In this document: one piece after another, positions 60,151 through 64,000 of the stretch | Layout of the letters: every line of letters begins with the position of its first letter | How positions within the stretch are numbered: position 1 is the first letter of the stretch | DNA from: Eledone cirrhosa | Lineage: Eukaryota | DNA: 64,000 nucleotides | Direction of reading: 5' to 3' | Assembly (NCBI GenBank): GCA_964016885.1 | Contig: OZ024741.1 | Coordinates: 209,994,001 to 210,058,000 of the forward strand | Position numbers and translations under genes: made by a program | The notes under the pieces: model-generated | The model's input: only the letters and a program-made list of their open reading frames with translations | The model's database searches: none | Told to the model about the DNA's origin: nothing

Positions 60151-60973
60151 TTAATCCATTTGGATAGAACGAAAATTATATACGAAGAATGTAAACAAAG
60201 GAAGATAATCCATATGTGATCATTTATATTAACTAAGTGCTTTGAAAGCCAGAAGATATTTCAAACCGCAAATTCAGAAAATTCTAGTTATACAAAGACC
60301 ATTCTAAAAACCGAACTTAGAATATTGAGTCACATCATGAGATTAATTTGCTATATATAAAAAAAAAACGATATACAATTTTTAAGGTAAGGCAAAACAT
60401 TATATATATAATAATAATAATTTAAGAATTATTAATAATAGTCAATATTTTTTTCCCTTCTTAGTCAGTATTTTTTTTCTAAATTTGTATGATGCTTGAA
60501 ATGTCTTTCTAGATTTATGGAGACAAGTTGCAAATAATTCATTCTTTTTATTAATTAAATTACCATAATTGGTAATTATTAATAGAGTTTCTAAATTGCA
60601 AAGATTGCAGTTTGGTGAAATGGAAGCGTTCTGATAGCAATCAGAATTCCTAAGTTTACACCAAGAATTGAATTATTTGCAACTTGTCTCCATAAATCTG
60701 GAAAGAATTATTTATCTATAGATAGAATTATTTATCTATCTAGGGCGGGTAAAATTCCCGAGATCTAGCGGTCTCTGTTCCTCATCATCGCTGCCATGTC
60801 CTGCGTCTCCAAGAGACCTGTGTCGGTTCTTAGGGCATCAACATATTATATATATATATTTAAATGAGTTGGAACTCGACGGCTGAGCTCTTGCCGTTTC
60901 AACATTTAGTTTCAACTGGTTGTATCCGGATATATATATATATATAATGATATAATTATATATATATATTTTA

Positions 60974-61205
60974 TTTATGTAATAAACAACATAAGACAAT
61001 AATTCCATTTACCAACGGTTTCACGAAGACAGGTGAGCCCATCTGATGAGCGATTTCAGACGTCTCTGTTGGGCTCGTCTGTCTTTGTGAAACCTTTGGT
61101 AAATGGAATAATTGCTTTATGTTGTTTATTAAATAATTAAATAGCTCTGTAGCATACATAGAGCACTCTCCTTTCCTTTACCCTTCCTACATAAATACTT
61201 CATGT
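60974..61205. mobile_element. Family B-related fold-back HHR element (HHR about 61039-61106 +); sibling at 54100-54380
   Basis: CAT-CTGATGA-GCG..insert..TGT-GAAACCTTTG-GTA-AATGG, with an inverted 5' arm. Confidence 0.7.
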
Positions 61206-61444
61206 ATATATATATATATATATATATATACATGCATATATAGGAAAATGTTTAACCTCGACGGGAGAGCTCAAGCCGTTTCGATGGCTATTTCTGGAGT
61301 CCAGAAATAGCCGTCGAAACGGCTTGAGCTCTGCCGTCGCGGTTAAACATTTTCCTATTACCCACTCTACTATCCGTTGTATATGAGGCTAAGTACTCTG
61401 GTGCATTATGGTCCATCTGGTTCCTTACCACAATTCCTTCGTCA

Positions 61445-61560
<116 letters not shown>

Positions 61561-61764
61561 CATATATATATATACACAAACAGGGATATATAAATATTCC
61601 GTTTGATATATAGTTCTATTGCCGAGTTTTTGGTGGTAATGCTCTTGTCACGATAAAATGCATCCAGTCATGTGACACATTAACATACATCTATATATAT
61701 ATATATATGTATTTACACACACATACACACACACATATATATATATATGAATGTATATATATAC

Positions 61765-61834
<70 letters not shown>

Positions 61835-61858
61835 TAGAGAGTGAGATAAATAGATATT

Positions 61859-61937
<79 letters not shown>

Positions 61938-62079
61938 ACACACACATATATATATATATACACATACATAAATATAAATTTAGCGAGAATCGTATTTCCG
62001 CGGGTAGAAATTGGCGAAACGCAACTTCTGTATTGTACAGACAAGCGCTCCATATAAAGATATTTACATATATGTATAT

Positions 62080-62148
<69 letters not shown>

Positions 62149-62248
62149 AAATTGAGGTTGGTAATGGCACATGGAATATATAAGAGACAGAATACTTTTT
62201 TGTGAAAAAACATAATTTTATAAGGTAAGGAAATAATAAAGGGTATAA

Positions 62249-62296
62249 AAAATGACCGGTTTCGATGGGTCTGCAAAAGCCATCTTTTCAAATGTT
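62249..62296 (-). ncRNA. Hammerhead ribozyme, U3-A8 core variant
   Basis: AAcAT-TTGAAAA-GATGG..CCATC-GAAACCG-GTC-ATtTT. Confidence 0.65.
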
Positions 62297-62413
62297 GATT
62301 AATATTAAGAAAAATTAATAATACGAAGAGTTAAAATTTGAGACTTGAAAATTCAAGTATAAAATTCATTGTGGGATTTCATAGCAGTTTTCATCTAGGT
62401 AGCAACAACAGGT

Positions 62414-64000
<1,587 letters not shown>

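Overview
Repeat-saturated animal DNA, probably an octopod cephalopod (inferred from its Meta-domain and CORE-domain tRNA-derived SINEs and the extreme microsatellite load). No host gene exon could be identified, and almost all listed ORFs are microsatellite translations. The real coding remnants are retroelements: a near-intact Tx1/L1-clade ORF2 (5001-7778), two RTE fragments, a CR1/L2-type fragment and four different Penelope-like element (PLE) RT/GIY-YIG fragments. The main signal, read by eye, is about 35-40 type I hammerhead ribozyme (HHR) motifs in roughly a dozen short non-coding element families. Most of these elements abut (TA)n tracts and form tandem and/or fold-back insertions with the HHR-sense 3' ends pointing outward. 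The largest is a 466-bp retrozyme-like array (about 10.7 units plus about 3 inverted units, 14 HHRs). Three unrelated families carry a compensatory U3-A8 core, many have a palindromic helix III, and several have long inserts in helix II. Coordinates were counted by hand and may be off by a few bases.
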